From: Syntrophorhabdaceae bacterium
Lineage (GTDB): Bacteria > Desulfobacterota > Syntrophorhabdia > Syntrophorhabdales > Syntrophorhabdaceae
Direction: 5' to 3'
Assembly (NCBI GenBank): GCA_963666485.2
Contig: CAXXUO010000003.1
Location: 352,001 to 416,000, forward strand
Length of the DNA: 64,000 bases
This document shows, one piece after another, positions 1 through 10,364 of this stretch (positions within the stretch are counted from its first letter, which is position 1; each line of letters starts with the position of its first letter). Below the pieces are notes generated by a model. It saw only the letters and a program-made list of their open reading frames with translations. It did no database searches and had not been told where the DNA came from. The translations under genes were made by a program, and so were the position numbers.

Positions 1-896
1 CCGTCCACCTTCAGCACCCCGTCGAAATTCTTGAACATGTGGTCGGCAATGGGCCGTGTGAACGCATACTGGGTGTCGGTATCAATGTTCATCTTCACGA
101 CCCCGTAGTCAAGCGCCGCATGGATGTCGGCAATGTCCGACCCGGAACCGCCGTGAAAGACAAGGTAGAAACGGGCGGCGTCGCCGTATTTCTTCACGAC
201 TGCTTCCTGGCAGTCCTTCAGGATGTCCGGTTTCAATTTCACGTGCCCGGGAGCGTACACGCCATGGACGTTCCCGAAGGTCGCCGCAAGGAGATAGCGT
301 GCCCCGACGGCGTTAAGCCGCCTCGCCACTTCCAGGGTATCCTCGGGCGTCGTGTACAGTTTTGCCCCGGCACTCGCCTTGATACCGTCTTCCTCACCGC
401 CGACGACCCCCGCTTCGATCTCGAGGATAAGGTCGCTCTTCTTGAACCGCTCGAGGAGCTTGACGGAAATGTCGAGGTTTTCGTTCAGGGGAAGAGCACT
501 GCCGTCGAACATGTGCATGGTGAACAGGTTCGGTTTTCCTTCCGCGCGCCGCCTCTCGGTTTCCTCGACGAGCGGGATAACAAATTTATCGAGGTTCTGC
601 GCCGTGCAATGGTCCGTGTTGAGGGCCACATATACAGGGTATCTCTCCGCTGCGCGGTGGACATGCTCGGCGACGGAGATCGCACCTAAGGCCATGTCCT
701 TGACCGCCGAACCCGAGGCAAAGGCCGCCCCGCCCGTCGACAGCTGGATGATGCCGTCGCATTTGCTTTCGGCAAGGCCCTTTAAGACCGCATTGGCCGT
801 GGTGAGCGATGTCACGTTGAAGGCGGGGTATGCGAAGCGGGCACTGCGCGCCCTCTCGAGCATCTCGCAAAAAACTTCATAACTGGCAACTGGCAT
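1..896 (-). CDS. fbaA: Class II fructose-bisphosphate aldolase (3' end beyond window)
   Basis: Not in the ORF track. Manual translation MPVASYEVFCEMLERARSARFAYPAFNV...VALNTDHC...HMFDGS...EAGVVGGEEDG...AATFGNVHGVY...VFHGGSGS...GVVKMNIDTDTQYAF carries the class II FBA motifs. AGGAGG RBS upstream. Confidence 0.93.
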   Translation of the reverse strand, partial: MPVASYEVFCEMLERARSARFAYPAFNVTSLTTANAVLKGLAESKCDGIIQLSTGGAAFASGSAVKDMALGAISVAEHVHRAAERYPVYVALNTDHCTAQNLDKFVIPLVEETERRRAEGKPNLFTMHMFDGSALPLNENLDISVKLLERFKKSDLILEIEAGVVGGEEDGIKASAGAKLYTTPEDTLEVARRLNAVGARYLLAATFGNVHGVYAPGHVKLKPDILKDCQEAVVKKYGDAARFYLVFHGGSGSDIADIHAALDYGVVKMNIDTDTQYAFTRPIADHMFKNFDGVLKVD

Positions 897-909
897 GTGA
901 TCCTCCTTT

Positions 910-3021
910 TTATGTCATTGATGAATTACGGGAAACACTGATAAGTGCAACGACTGAACGCGGATGGACCAGGTATGACGCATCGTCGATCGGGGGTGCC
1001 TCGGACCAGGCGCATATGTCATCGGGCGGGTCGAGAAATGTATCTATACATCTCTTCCACGGCTCGAACACGTTCCCGGCAGGCGGGATCTCGAACACAA
1101 GAGGCTCCCAGTAGGCATTGACGATGAGGTGCAGGCGGGACCTGTTCCCGGGACCGGACACGGTGGCCGAGACCACGTGGGAATCATGCCCGAAGTCGGG
1201 GTGATCGAGCTTCAGCCCGTGCCAGGTTACCGGCTGGTCCCGAAGAAGTTCGTTCAATGTGCTTTCGAACCGGTCTGACGGCAGATCGCGGCTCTGGCGC
1301 AGCGCTATGAGCATTTTCGTAAAACGGCGGACACCGGAATGTTTTTCCACGAGGTCCCAGTCGAACCAGCTGATCTCGTTGTCCTGGCAGTAGGCGTTGT
1401 TATTGCCTTTTTGGGTGCGCCGTACCTCATCGCCCATCAGCAGCATCGGCGTCCCGATCGAGAGAAGAGTGAGAGTGAGAAAGTTTTTCATCTGGCGCCG
1501 GCGCAGATGCTCGATCTCGCGGTCACTCGTCGGGCCCTCGTATCCGCAGTTCCAGCTGAGATTATCGTTGGAACCGTCCCGGCCGTCTTCACCGTTTGCC
1601 TCATTGTGCTTGACATTGTAGGTCACAAGGTCGTTTAACGTGAAGCCGTCATGGCAGGTAACGAAATTGATGCTCTGTTCGGGTTCCCGTTCCTTATGGC
1701 CATAGAGGTCCGGACTGCCGAGGACCCTCTGGGCTATGGCGCCCGCCCTGCCGCTGTCACCCTTGATAAAGGCCCGGACATCATCCCGGAACCGGCCGTT
1801 CCATTCCTTCCAGCTCTCACCGACAAAGCTCCCGACCTGGTAGAGGCCCGCTGCATCCCAGGCCTCGGCTATGAGTTTCACATTGGCGAGTATCGGGTCC
1901 GACTCGATGTCCCACAGGACGGGAGGGGTGGGCATGGGGTGGCCGCTCGCGTCACGCGAGAGGATCGATGCCAGGTCGAACCGAAACCCGTCGACGTGCA
2001 TCTCGGTAACCCAGTATCTGAGGCTGTCGAGTATCAGCCGCCTGCATATAGACTCGTTTGCGTTGAAGGTGTTCCCGCATCCCGTGAAGTTGCTATATAA
2101 TGCCTTGTCCTTTTCGAGCATGTAGTATGCCTCATTGGACAGGCCGCGGAAACAGAATGTCGGGCCGTCATGGCCGCCCTCCGCGGTATGGTTGTACACG
2201 ACATCGACAAGCACCTCTATCCCGGCGCGATGCAGCGCTTTGACCATATCCCGGAATTCGTCGAGTGCACCGAGCGGGTTGTGCCGCGAACTGTAGCCCG
2301 CGTGGGGGGCAAAGAATGAAACAGGGGAATACCCCCAGTAATTTGTCAAACCGTCAGGGCCGTCCTGCTCATCGAAGGCAAACACGGGCATGAGTTCCAC
2401 CGCGCTGATGCCGAGGTCTTTAAGATACGGGATCTTCTCGATCAATCCCGCATACGTTCCCCTTTTTTCGCCGGAGACACCCGAATTCGGGTTCCGCGTG
2501 AACCCTCCCACATGCAGTTCGTAAAGTATCGTTTCCGCGAACGGCCTTTTAAGCGGGGTATCTCCCTCCCAGTCGTAGGAGGACCGGTCCGTCACGATGC
2601 TTTTCATTGCCTGCGCGGCATTATCTCCCGGCTTGCATGCCGCCTCACGGCTGTAGGCTGCGGGCCGGGCGACACACCTCCCGTACGGGTCGAGCAACAC
2701 CTTGTCCGGGTCAAACCGCAGGCCGCGTTCCGGCTCGAAGGGGCCCCGTGCCCGGTACGCATAAACCTGTCCGGCCCTGATCCCCGGAACGAACTTATGC
2801 CAGTAACGGTACGTGCGGTTTTCCTGGCGGTCGAACTCGACCACACGTGACGGTTTCGGGTCATCCGCGTTATCGAAGAAAAGGAGCTCTATTGCACGGC
2901 TCCCCCTGGAAAAGACACTGAAATTGACGCCTTCGGGATACAGGGTTGCCCCCAGGGGAAAACTCCTGCCGGCGACGGGATGAGGTTCCATGACTCTTTT
3001 CGAGATCGGCGTGATCGTCAT
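910..3021 (-). CDS. glgX: Glycogen debranching enzyme GlgX (GH13)
   Basis: PLGAT...GVNFSVFS, NYWGY, DVVYNHT, DGFRFDLAS, IAEAWD, NFVTCHDGFTL and GNNNAYCQDNEISW motifs. Confidence 0.96.
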   Translation of the reverse strand: MTITPISKRVMEPHPVAGRSFPLGATLYPEGVNFSVFSRGSRAIELLFFDNADDPKPSRVVEFDRQENRTYRYWHKFVPGIRAGQVYAYRARGPFEPERGLRFDPDKVLLDPYGRCVARPAAYSREAACKPGDNAAQAMKSIVTDRSSYDWEGDTPLKRPFAETILYELHVGGFTRNPNSGVSGEKRGTYAGLIEKIPYLKDLGISAVELMPVFAFDEQDGPDGLTNYWGYSPVSFFAPHAGYSSRHNPLGALDEFRDMVKALHRAGIEVLVDVVYNHTAEGGHDGPTFCFRGLSNEAYYMLEKDKALYSNFTGCGNTFNANESICRRLILDSLRYWVTEMHVDGFRFDLASILSRDASGHPMPTPPVLWDIESDPILANVKLIAEAWDAAGLYQVGSFVGESWKEWNGRFRDDVRAFIKGDSGRAGAIAQRVLGSPDLYGHKEREPEQSINFVTCHDGFTLNDLVTYNVKHNEANGEDGRDGSNDNLSWNCGYEGPTSDREIEHLRRRQMKNFLTLTLLSIGTPMLLMGDEVRRTQKGNNNAYCQDNEISWFDWDLVEKHSGVRRFTKMLIALRQSRDLPSDRFESTLNELLRDQPVTWHGLKLDHPDFGHDSHVVSATVSGPGNRSRLHLIVNAYWEPLVFEIPPAGNVFEPWKRCIDTFLDPPDDICAWSEAPPIDDASYLVHPRSVVALISVSRNSSMT

Positions 3022-3249
3022 TTTACGTCCTTGCAGCCTGTCAGTTAAGCACTCTCAATGAGGTGCGTGGTCCTCACATTCTTATTGTGCAGCATTCAGA
3101 TAATGCAGCGATGTCCAATTGTGTCGTCTTCGTGACCGTAGAGAGCAAAGCCCTGCAATTTCAATATTTATCGGTTTTCCCCCGGAAAAACAAGCGTAAA
3201 ATCATCAGGTGCATGTCCCGGTGAACGGGTGTTCGTATAGAACCGTACC

Positions 3250-4536
3250 TCAGTCGATTTCGGACGGCATTTCCCGGATTATGCCCATCTCGACATATAT
3301 CGGCCGGACAAGCTTGCGCAGCGCCGGGAGCCGCGTGAAGAAGATAACGGCCCCCGTGCAGCAGGAAAGGCCGCATATGACAAGTGTCGCCGGCGCCCCG
3401 AATGCATGGGCGAGGCTCCCGGCCAGCAGGCTGCCGAATGTCGCCATCCCCATGAATGCCATCGTGTAGAAGCTCATCATCCGCCCGCGCTTGTCTTCCT
3501 CGACGATGGTTTGAAGGATCGTGTTGCTCGATGCCATGTGGACGATCATGCCGAAGCCGGCGCCAAGCATCATGATGAGCGACAGGGCAAAATAGCGGGA
3601 CAGTCCAAAGATCACCATGCTTATGCCGAGAATAGAAGGTGCGATAACCAGAAGCCGCCCGAGGCCAAGTACCGATCTGCGCGATGCGAGGAAGATCGCC
3701 CCGATAAGCGCCCCGATCCCTGTCGCCCCCATGAGGAACCCTAATGCATACGGCCCGCCCTGGAGGATATCCCGCGCAAAGACCGGCATCAGGATGAGAT
3801 ATGACGTACCCGTGAGGCTTACGAGGCCGAGGAATACTATAATGCTCCGTATCGGCGGAAAACCGAACGTGTACCGGGCACCCTCGTTAAGCCCGTGAAG
3901 GAACGGCTGCCCGCCCCCTGTGCTGACACGCGGCCGGACATTCATGGACAAAAGGGCCATAACGATGGCTAAATAGCTCGTCGCGTTCACGAGAAAACAG
4001 ACGGCCTCGCCGAAAAGACCTATCAGGATACCGGCAAGGGACGGCCCCACGAGCCGCGCACCGTTGAACATGACCGAATTGAGGGCGATGGCGTTTCCCA
4101 GGTCGTCCCTGTTCTCAACGAGGTCGATGACGAAGGACTGCCTCACGGGGATATCGAGGGCGTTGACAAGGCCGAGGAAGGTACTGAGGACGATGAGGTG
4201 CCACACCGCGGCGTAGCCGGTCAGCGTGAGCGCGGCGAGTATGGCTGCCTGCACCATGGAGAGCGCCTGCGTAAGGACGAGCACCCGTCGCCGGTCGAAT
4301 CTGTCGGCAAGGACGCCGGCGACGGGGGAGAGGACAAACGTGGGCAGCTGGCCCGAGAACCCTATCAACCCGAGGAGGAATGCAGAGCCTGTGAGCCGGT
4401 AAACAAGCCAGCTCATCGCGATCTGCTGCATCCACGTCCCGATAAGGGATATCCCCTGCCCTCCGAAGAAAAGCCTGTAGTTCCGGTAGTGGAGGGCCCT
4501 GAGCAAGAATTTTATACTGCCGCCCTGATCTGGCAT
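3250..4536 (-). CDS. MFS transporter (MFS_3-like)
   Basis: About 12 hydrophobic segments; GVLADRFDRRR motif A; RNYRLFFGGQGISLIGTWMQ N-terminus. Confidence 0.92.
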   Translation of the reverse strand: MPDQGGSIKFLLRALHYRNYRLFFGGQGISLIGTWMQQIAMSWLVYRLTGSAFLLGLIGFSGQLPTFVLSPVAGVLADRFDRRRVLVLTQALSMVQAAILAALTLTGYAAVWHLIVLSTFLGLVNALDIPVRQSFVIDLVENRDDLGNAIALNSVMFNGARLVGPSLAGILIGLFGEAVCFLVNATSYLAIVMALLSMNVRPRVSTGGGQPFLHGLNEGARYTFGFPPIRSIIVFLGLVSLTGTSYLILMPVFARDILQGGPYALGFLMGATGIGALIGAIFLASRRSVLGLGRLLVIAPSILGISMVIFGLSRYFALSLIMMLGAGFGMIVHMASSNTILQTIVEEDKRGRMMSFYTMAFMGMATFGSLLAGSLAHAFGAPATLVICGLSCCTGAVIFFTRLPALRKLVRPIYVEMGIIREMPSEID

Positions 4537-4544
4537 ATACCATC

Positions 4545-5162
4545 TTATACCCGGCTTTCATTCTGCCGGGAGAGATATTTCTCCTTCTTTCTGCGTTTAA
4601 AGAAGCTGAAGACAATAATACCCAGTATAAGCGCCGTTACAACAATTATGATTATGTGGTCGACTTTTGCGACATTTCTCTTCACTATTGCCAGACTATT
4701 GCCGGCAAAATATCCCAATCCTATCGTTATTGATATGGAAAAAATAGCCGAAATTGAATCAACGAGCAGGAATTTCAGGCGCGGGATGCCGACTGTTCCC
4801 GAGATGAGGAATATCGGGACCCTGAGGCCCGCCATGTGCCTGCCCGCAGCTATCATGAGAGAACCATAGCGGTAGAATTTCGCTTCGAGCCGGGAGATGG
4901 TATCAGCCGAGATCAGATAAGAAAATCTTCCGTGGTGTATGATGCCCTTCCCGTATTTTCTCCCGAGGCTATACAAAGTAAAATCAGCCATGATAACGGC
5001 AGAGTATATGACAGCTATCGCCGGGATGGGCCTGATCACATTCTGGGCGATGAGTACCCCGGCCATGATGAGCACGCCGTCTTCGGGAAAAGGGAACCCC
5101 AATCCCCCGAGGATCAGGATGCAGAAGATCCCGATATACGTGAAATGCTCTATGAGTGACAT
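4545..5162 (-). CDS. DedA family membrane protein
   Basis: GLGFPFPED, YSLGRKYG and GRHMAGLR motifs. Start chosen at ATG 5162; the ORF extends to 5207. Confidence 0.88.
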   Translation of the reverse strand: MSLIEHFTYIGIFCILILGGLGFPFPEDGVLIMAGVLIAQNVIRPIPAIAVIYSAVIMADFTLYSLGRKYGKGIIHHGRFSYLISADTISRLEAKFYRYGSLMIAAGRHMAGLRVPIFLISGTVGIPRLKFLLVDSISAIFSISITIGLGYFAGNSLAIVKRNVAKVDHIIIIVVTALILGIIVFSFFKRRKKEKYLSRQNESRV

Positions 5163-5389
5163 TGCATCGGTCATTCGCCTCACCGGGAACACGGTGCCAT
5201 GCGGCATCGGATGGTATGCCCGTTGCTGGATCCCAGATTATAAGCATTTCGGGTCCAAACAGGAATATTCAGCCAGGGCTGAAGCCTGTCCCTCGTAAAT
5301 ACAGCATCATTACAGGATTGCACGATCGCGGCCGGCCCCTGAGCTTTACAATCCCTGATGACGAATTAGTTTATTATGGCGGGCAATGC

Positions 5390-7333
5390 ATGGAAAAAGA
5401 AGATAAAACCAAAAACCCGATCGACCGGTTCCAATCTGCATGGAAGCAGCGCAAGGCCGGACAGAAGAAAGATACTACACCGAAAAAAATAAATTTCACG
5501 CTCTGGTATTTCATTCTTGCCTTCATCCTTCTCATTTCGCTCCAGCATTACTTCTTCTCGCGGAACGTGGAGACGATAAAGTACAGCCAGTTCAAGAAAG
5601 AACTGTCGGCCGGCCATATCAGCAACGTGACCATCGGCAATGAGACCATCAACGGGACGCTGACACCCGGGGGTAAAAAGCCCGAGGAGTTTATCACTGT
5701 CAGGGTTGAGGACCCTGATCTCGTCAAAGAATTAAATGAAAGAAATATCGACTACTCCGGGCGCTATGAGAATACGTGGTTGAGCGGGATCCTGACATGG
5801 ATCATACCCATCGCCATTTTCCTCATCGTCTGGCGGCTTTTGCTCACCCGCGCGGGGCCGGGGGCCGGCCTGATGTCATTTTCGCGGTCCAAGGCCAGGC
5901 TGTCCGTGGAGGACGAGACGAAGGTAACGTTCACCGATGTTGCCGGGATTGACGAAGCGAAGCAGGAGTTGCAGGAAGTCGTCGAATTTCTTAAGAGCCC
6001 TGATAAATTCCAGAGGCTTGGCGGCCGCATCCCCAAAGGGGTGCTCCTCGTCGGCGCACCCGGGACGGGCAAGACGCTCCTTGCCAAGGCGGTGGCGGGC
6101 GAGGCAAAGGTGCCCTTCTTCAGTATAAGCGGCTCCGAATTTGTCGAGATGTTCGTCGGGGTGGGTGCATCGCGGGTGCGGGACCTGTTTTCCCAGGCCA
6201 CGGCCCAGGCACCCTGCATAATCTTCATAGACGAACTCGATGCCCTCGGGAAGGCACGGGGCATCAACATTTTCGGCGGCAACGATGAACGCGAGCAGAC
6301 GCTCAACCAGCTGCTCGTGGAAATGGACGGTTTTCAGACCAACAAAGGCGTGATCATCATGGCCGCGACCAACCGCCCGGAGATACTCGACCCGGCACTC
6401 CTTCGGCCCGGAAGGTTCGACCGCCAGGTCCTCATCGACCGGCCCGACATAAACGGCCGGGAGGCAATTTTGAAGATACATTCGCGTGATATCGTTCTCG
6501 GCCCCGAGGTAGACCTGAGGAAGATAGCGGCCCTGACTCCCGGTTTTGTCGGGGCTGATCTTGCCAACGTGATAAACGAGGCTGCGCTGATGGCTGCCCG
6601 GAAGAACAAGAATGCCGTCGGGACCGAGGAGTTCGAGGAAGCCGTCGACAGGATCATCGGCGGGCTGGAGAAGAAGAACCGGGTCATGAACCCGCGGGAA
6701 AAAGAGATCGTTGCATTTCATGAATCCGGTCATGCTATCGTGGCCGAATCGGTGAAATATGCGGACCCCGTTCACAAGATATCCATCATATCCCGCGGGA
6801 TCGCCGCCCTCGGTTACACCCAGCAGAGGCCGACAGAGGACCGTTACCTGATGACGCGGCCGGAGCTGCTCGACAGGCTGGCGGTCCTGGTGGCGGGACG
6901 CGTGGCCGAAGAGATCGTCTTCGGGGAGATATCGACAGGCGCCCAGAACGATCTGCAGAGGGCGACCGATATAGCGCGGTCCATGGTGACGGAATACGGT
7001 ATGAGCGATCGGTTGGGCCTCGCGACATACGAGCGGCGGACCAACCCCCTATTCCCTCCCGACAATTTCAATTCTCCCCGGACGTACAGCGAGGCAAGGG
7101 GTGCCCAGATCGATGAAGAGGTATCGCGGCTCATGGAAGAGGCGCATCACAGGGTCTACCAGATCCTGACAGAACGCAGAAAGCTGCTTGACGAACTCGC
7201 CCGCAAACTGTGCGAGGTCGAGATCGTACAGGGCGATGAACTGCGCCGGATGCTCGATGAATTTGGAAAGGAAAACGCCGCTATGAGTAAACTCGGAGAT
7301 GACAAGGAGGTACACCGTGAACCGCACGGATAA
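5390..7333 (+). CDS. ftsH: ATP-dependent zinc metalloprotease FtsH
   Basis: Two TMs, Walker [40 protein letters not shown] and HESGH zinc site. Confidence 0.96.
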   Translation: MEKEDKTKNPIDRFQSAWKQRKAGQKKDTTPKKINFTLWYFILAFILLISLQHYFFSRNVETIKYSQFKKELSAGHISNVTIGNETINGTLTPGGKKPEEFITVRVEDPDLVKELNERNIDYSGRYENTWLSGILTWIIPIAIFLIVWRLLLTRAGPGAGLMSFSRSKARLSVEDETKVTFTDVAGIDEAKQELQEVVEFLKSPDKFQRLGGRIPKGVLLVGAPGTGKTLLAKAVAGEAKVPFFSISGSEFVEMFVGVGASRVRDLFSQATAQAPCIIFIDELDALGKARGINIFGGNDEREQTLNQLLVEMDGFQTNKGVIIMAATNRPEILDPALLRPGRFDRQVLIDRPDINGREAILKIHSRDIVLGPEVDLRKIAALTPGFVGADLANVINEAALMAARKNKNAVGTEEFEEAVDRIIGGLEKKNRVMNPREKEIVAFHESGHAIVAESVKYADPVHKISIISRGIAALGYTQQRPTEDRYLMTRPELLDRLAVLVAGRVAEEIVFGEISTGAQNDLQRATDIARSMVTEYGMSDRLGLATYERRTNPLFPPDNFNSPRTYSEARGAQIDEEVSRLMEEAHHRVYQILTERRKLLDELARKLCEVEIVQGDELRRMLDEFGKENAAMSKLGDDKEVHREPHG

Positions 7334-8807
7334 GCGTCAGCGAAACGTTCTTATTGTATCCATGGTCACGGCCCTGGTCCTGGTGATTATTTTTGCCGCC
7401 GTTCTTTTGAAAACAAAGGCGTGTGCGAGCCGGGTACCGTTCGGGCCCGGAAAAGTGCTCGAGATACAGGATAAACCGACGAGTCCTGTCGACCTTTCGA
7501 CTGCCATCATCACTGTCGCGAAGCAGACGATCCCCTCTGTCGTCTATATTCAGGTGACGCAAACGAGGACAGTCGAAAACCCCTTTTTACCCTTTCTGAA
7601 CGACCCGTTCTTCCGCCGCTTCTTTGGCACCCCCAAGATGCAGCCGCGTTTCAAGCAGGAGATAACGGGGGTCGGCTCGGGAATGATAATAGATAACAGC
7701 GGGAACATCCTGACAAACAGCCACGTGGCGATGAATGCGACGAAAATGACAGTCATGCTCTCGGACGGCAGCCGCCACGAAGGCCAGTTGGTGGGTGCGG
7801 ACCCCAAGACAGACCTTGCCGTCATCAGGATCACGCCGCCCGTCAAATTACCTCCTGTTGTTTTCGGGGATTCGGACAAGGTCGAGGTCGGAGAATGGGT
7901 AGTCGCCATCGGTGCGCCGCAAGCCCTCGAGAAGAGCGTAACACAGGGGATCGTCAGCGGAATGCACCGGACGGGGGTAAGTGAGCCCACGAATTACCAG
8001 GATTTCTTACAGACCGACGCCCCGATCAACCCGGGCAACAGCGGAGGCCCGCTCCTCAATATGTACGGGCAGGTCATAGGCGTTAATGCGGCAATTGCGA
8101 CGTCGTCCGGGGGCTTCGAGGGGATCGGTTTCACGATACCCAGTAATATCGCGGTATATGTTGCGAAGGCGCTTATCCAGACGGGCAGGATCGAGAGGGG
8201 GTGGCTCGGTGTGACCACACGTGATGTCCCGCCTGAAGAGGTGAAGGACGGTACCGGTAAAGCCCCTGTGGGGTCCATGATCGAGGCGGTCGCAAAAGGA
8301 GGCCCTGCCGAAAGGGCGGGCCTTGTGAAGGGTGATGTCATTATCGCGTTCAACGGTAAGGAGATAACAAACACCAATGACCTGAGGAACAGGGTGTCGC
8401 AGACATCTCCTGGCACAGTGGTGACGCTTACCATCCTGCGCGGCGGAAAACGGCAGGACATAAAGGTCACGACGGGAAGCGAAAAGGACGCGGCGCAATC
8501 GCTCGCCATGTCGCTGCGAGGCAGGCTTGGCGGCCAATTCCGGGCGCTGACGGATGCCGAGGTCCAGAAATACCAGCTAAAAGAGGGCTTTGGCGTTATC
8601 ATAACATCCGTTGATCCCGGCGGGCCGTTAGGCCAGGCGGGGTTCGAGGTGAACGACGGGATACTGGGCATAGACAAACAGCCGGTCGCGGGGGTTGAGG
8701 GCCTTGCCACCCTCCTGGCAACGGTGAAGCCGGGTCAAAAGGTCAGTGTGGTTGCGCTTGACCACCGCTCCGGCGGAACGGGGAGCATCGATGTGACCGT
8801 GCGGTGA
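7299..8807 (+). CDS. DegP/HtrA (Do) serine protease with two PDZ domains
   Basis: TNSHV, DLAVI and QTDAPINPGNSGGPL motifs; N-terminal anchor; two PDZ-like repeats. Confidence 0.94.
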   Translation: MTRRYTVNRTDKRQRNVLIVSMVTALVLVIIFAAVLLKTKACASRVPFGPGKVLEIQDKPTSPVDLSTAIITVAKQTIPSVVYIQVTQTRTVENPFLPFLNDPFFRRFFGTPKMQPRFKQEITGVGSGMIIDNSGNILTNSHVAMNATKMTVMLSDGSRHEGQLVGADPKTDLAVIRITPPVKLPPVVFGDSDKVEVGEWVVAIGAPQALEKSVTQGIVSGMHRTGVSEPTNYQDFLQTDAPINPGNSGGPLLNMYGQVIGVNAAIATSSGGFEGIGFTIPSNIAVYVAKALIQTGRIERGWLGVTTRDVPPEEVKDGTGKAPVGSMIEAVAKGGPAERAGLVKGDVIIAFNGKEITNTNDLRNRVSQTSPGTVVTLTILRGGKRQDIKVTTGSEKDAAQSLAMSLRGRLGGQFRALTDAEVQKYQLKEGFGVIITSVDPGGPLGQAGFEVNDGILGIDKQPVAGVEGLATLLATVKPGQKVSVVALDHRSGGTGSIDVTVR

Positions 8808-8833
8808 TGCGTTCTGCCGTGACACCCGGCCGA

Positions 8834-9124
8834 TCACCTATAGAATTGCCTGCCCGCAGCGTCTTTGCATACGGCGTTGCCCTCGCTGTCGGTCCAGCAC
8901 GCCCAGCAGCGGCCATAGCAATCCTTGTATATGGCGTTGCAGAGACCGACAGCACGCTGTGACGGGTTGAATACGTCAAGGTTCCCGACCTCGTCGTACG
9001 TTGTCTCATCACCGATGTAACAGCCGACGGCAATGTCGTCCCCGTCCTGTCCGGACACGGTGCCGGGGACAAGAGCGACACTGAACAGGGAGACAATGAA
9101 TATAATGAGAGATGTCTTTATCAT
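8834..9124 (-). CDS. Small secreted six-cysteine protein
   Basis: Signal peptide MIKTSLIIFIVSLFSVALVPG; six Cys in the mature part. Confidence 0.7.
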   Translation of the reverse strand: MIKTSLIIFIVSLFSVALVPGTVSGQDGDDIAVGCYIGDETTYDEVGNLDVFNPSQRAVGLCNAIYKDCYGRCWACWTDSEGNAVCKDAAGRQFYR

Positions 9125-9324
9125 TTGTTCGGTCTCATACGTACTCGTTGCATGAACGCCCGTCTCAACACTGCAGTCCGCGATGCGAGGTACATATCAT
9201 AATGATAAGACTCACGCCGGACCGGGCAAGGTATTGCGGTCCTGAAGCGGCTGTGAGCGCCGATTTACCGGCCATCGTATCGCCGGAATATGCAGGATCA
9301 ATAAACGGCAGGGTGACATGAGTG

Positions 9325-9355
9325 AAAAAAAGGGCTGCGTTTTATCGCAGCCCTT
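9325..9355 (-). terminator. Intrinsic terminator after tRNA-fMet
   Basis: AAGGGCTGCG/CGCAGCCCTT stem followed by a T-tract on the minus strand. Confidence 0.85.
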
Positions 9356-9364
9356 AAAGATTCT

Positions 9365-9441
<77 letters not shown>

Positions 9442-9541
9442 ATCGAATGCAATAAAATAAAGAATAAACGGGTCAAAGTCAAGGGCAATCAGAGGCCAAT
9501 TCCGCGCAGAGGACGGGGAATTGGATGCTAAAGAGAGGTTT

Positions 9542-10186
9542 TTACGGAAGAAATATTCTGATAAGTTCGAGGATAAGGGACTGAAAAAAACGTATGACCG
9601 GGTTTAAGAGGCCGATATAAAGAAGACCGATGATAATGAACATTCCGTAAGGCTCGATACGCTCCAGGGAGTACCTCATTTCGTTCGGCAGAAATGACAT
9701 GAGCACTTTTGAGCCGTCGAGCGGGGGGATCGGGATGATATTGAATGCGGCCAGCAGTATGTTGATGTACGCAACGATCCCGAGCGCCTGGTGGAGAAGC
9801 TGCACGTCATACGTTATAGTTAGCCTGCTCACGAGAAGGGCCGCGAATGCGAACAGGAAATTGGCGCCCACGCCCGCGATCGACACCAGGAATATGCCTT
9901 TTCTCAGGTTGTGGAAATTAAGGTAATTGACAGGTACCGGGCGCGCCCAGCCGAACCCGAAGATAAGAAGGGCTATCGTCCCGAAAACATCGAGATGTTT
10001 AAAAGGATTAAGGGTAAGCCTGCCAAGCCATTTGGCTGTCTGATCGCCCATCAGGTAGGCGACCCACCCGTGGGCCACCTCGTGAATAACGAGGGAAAAT
10101 ATGAGGATCGGGAAGACCAGGACGAAGATAAGCGGGTTTTTGAAAAGAATTCCGATCAGTCCGGGGAGATTGCTGAAGAGGTCCAT
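9542..10186 (-). CDS. Site-2 protease family (M50) membrane metalloprotease
   Basis: HEVAH and FNIIPIPPLDG motifs. Confidence 0.93.
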   Translation of the reverse strand: MDLFSNLPGLIGILFKNPLIFVLVFPILIFSLVIHEVAHGWVAYLMGDQTAKWLGRLTLNPFKHLDVFGTIALLIFGFGWARPVPVNYLNFHNLRKGIFLVSIAGVGANFLFAFAALLVSRLTITYDVQLLHQALGIVAYINILLAAFNIIPIPPLDGSKVLMSFLPNEMRYSLERIEPYGMFIIIGLLYIGLLNPVIRFFQSLILELIRIFLP

Positions 10187-10364
10187 GAGAGCGACTTACA
10201 CTATTCCACAGGTAACGCTGAATTGCAACGAAATTTCATTAAGCTTTAGGTAATATGACCTATATTCCGATAACATAATTGACAAAGATAGGATGGTATG
10301 ATACTAAGAAAAAACTGTGCAAGACCTGTAGGCAGTAAATTATTGCGGTGATGGACGCCAGCTG

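Noticed and set aside
39..882. Plus-strand ORFs 39-689 and 352-882
   Set aside because: Antisense to the aldolase, which the track missed because it runs off the window.
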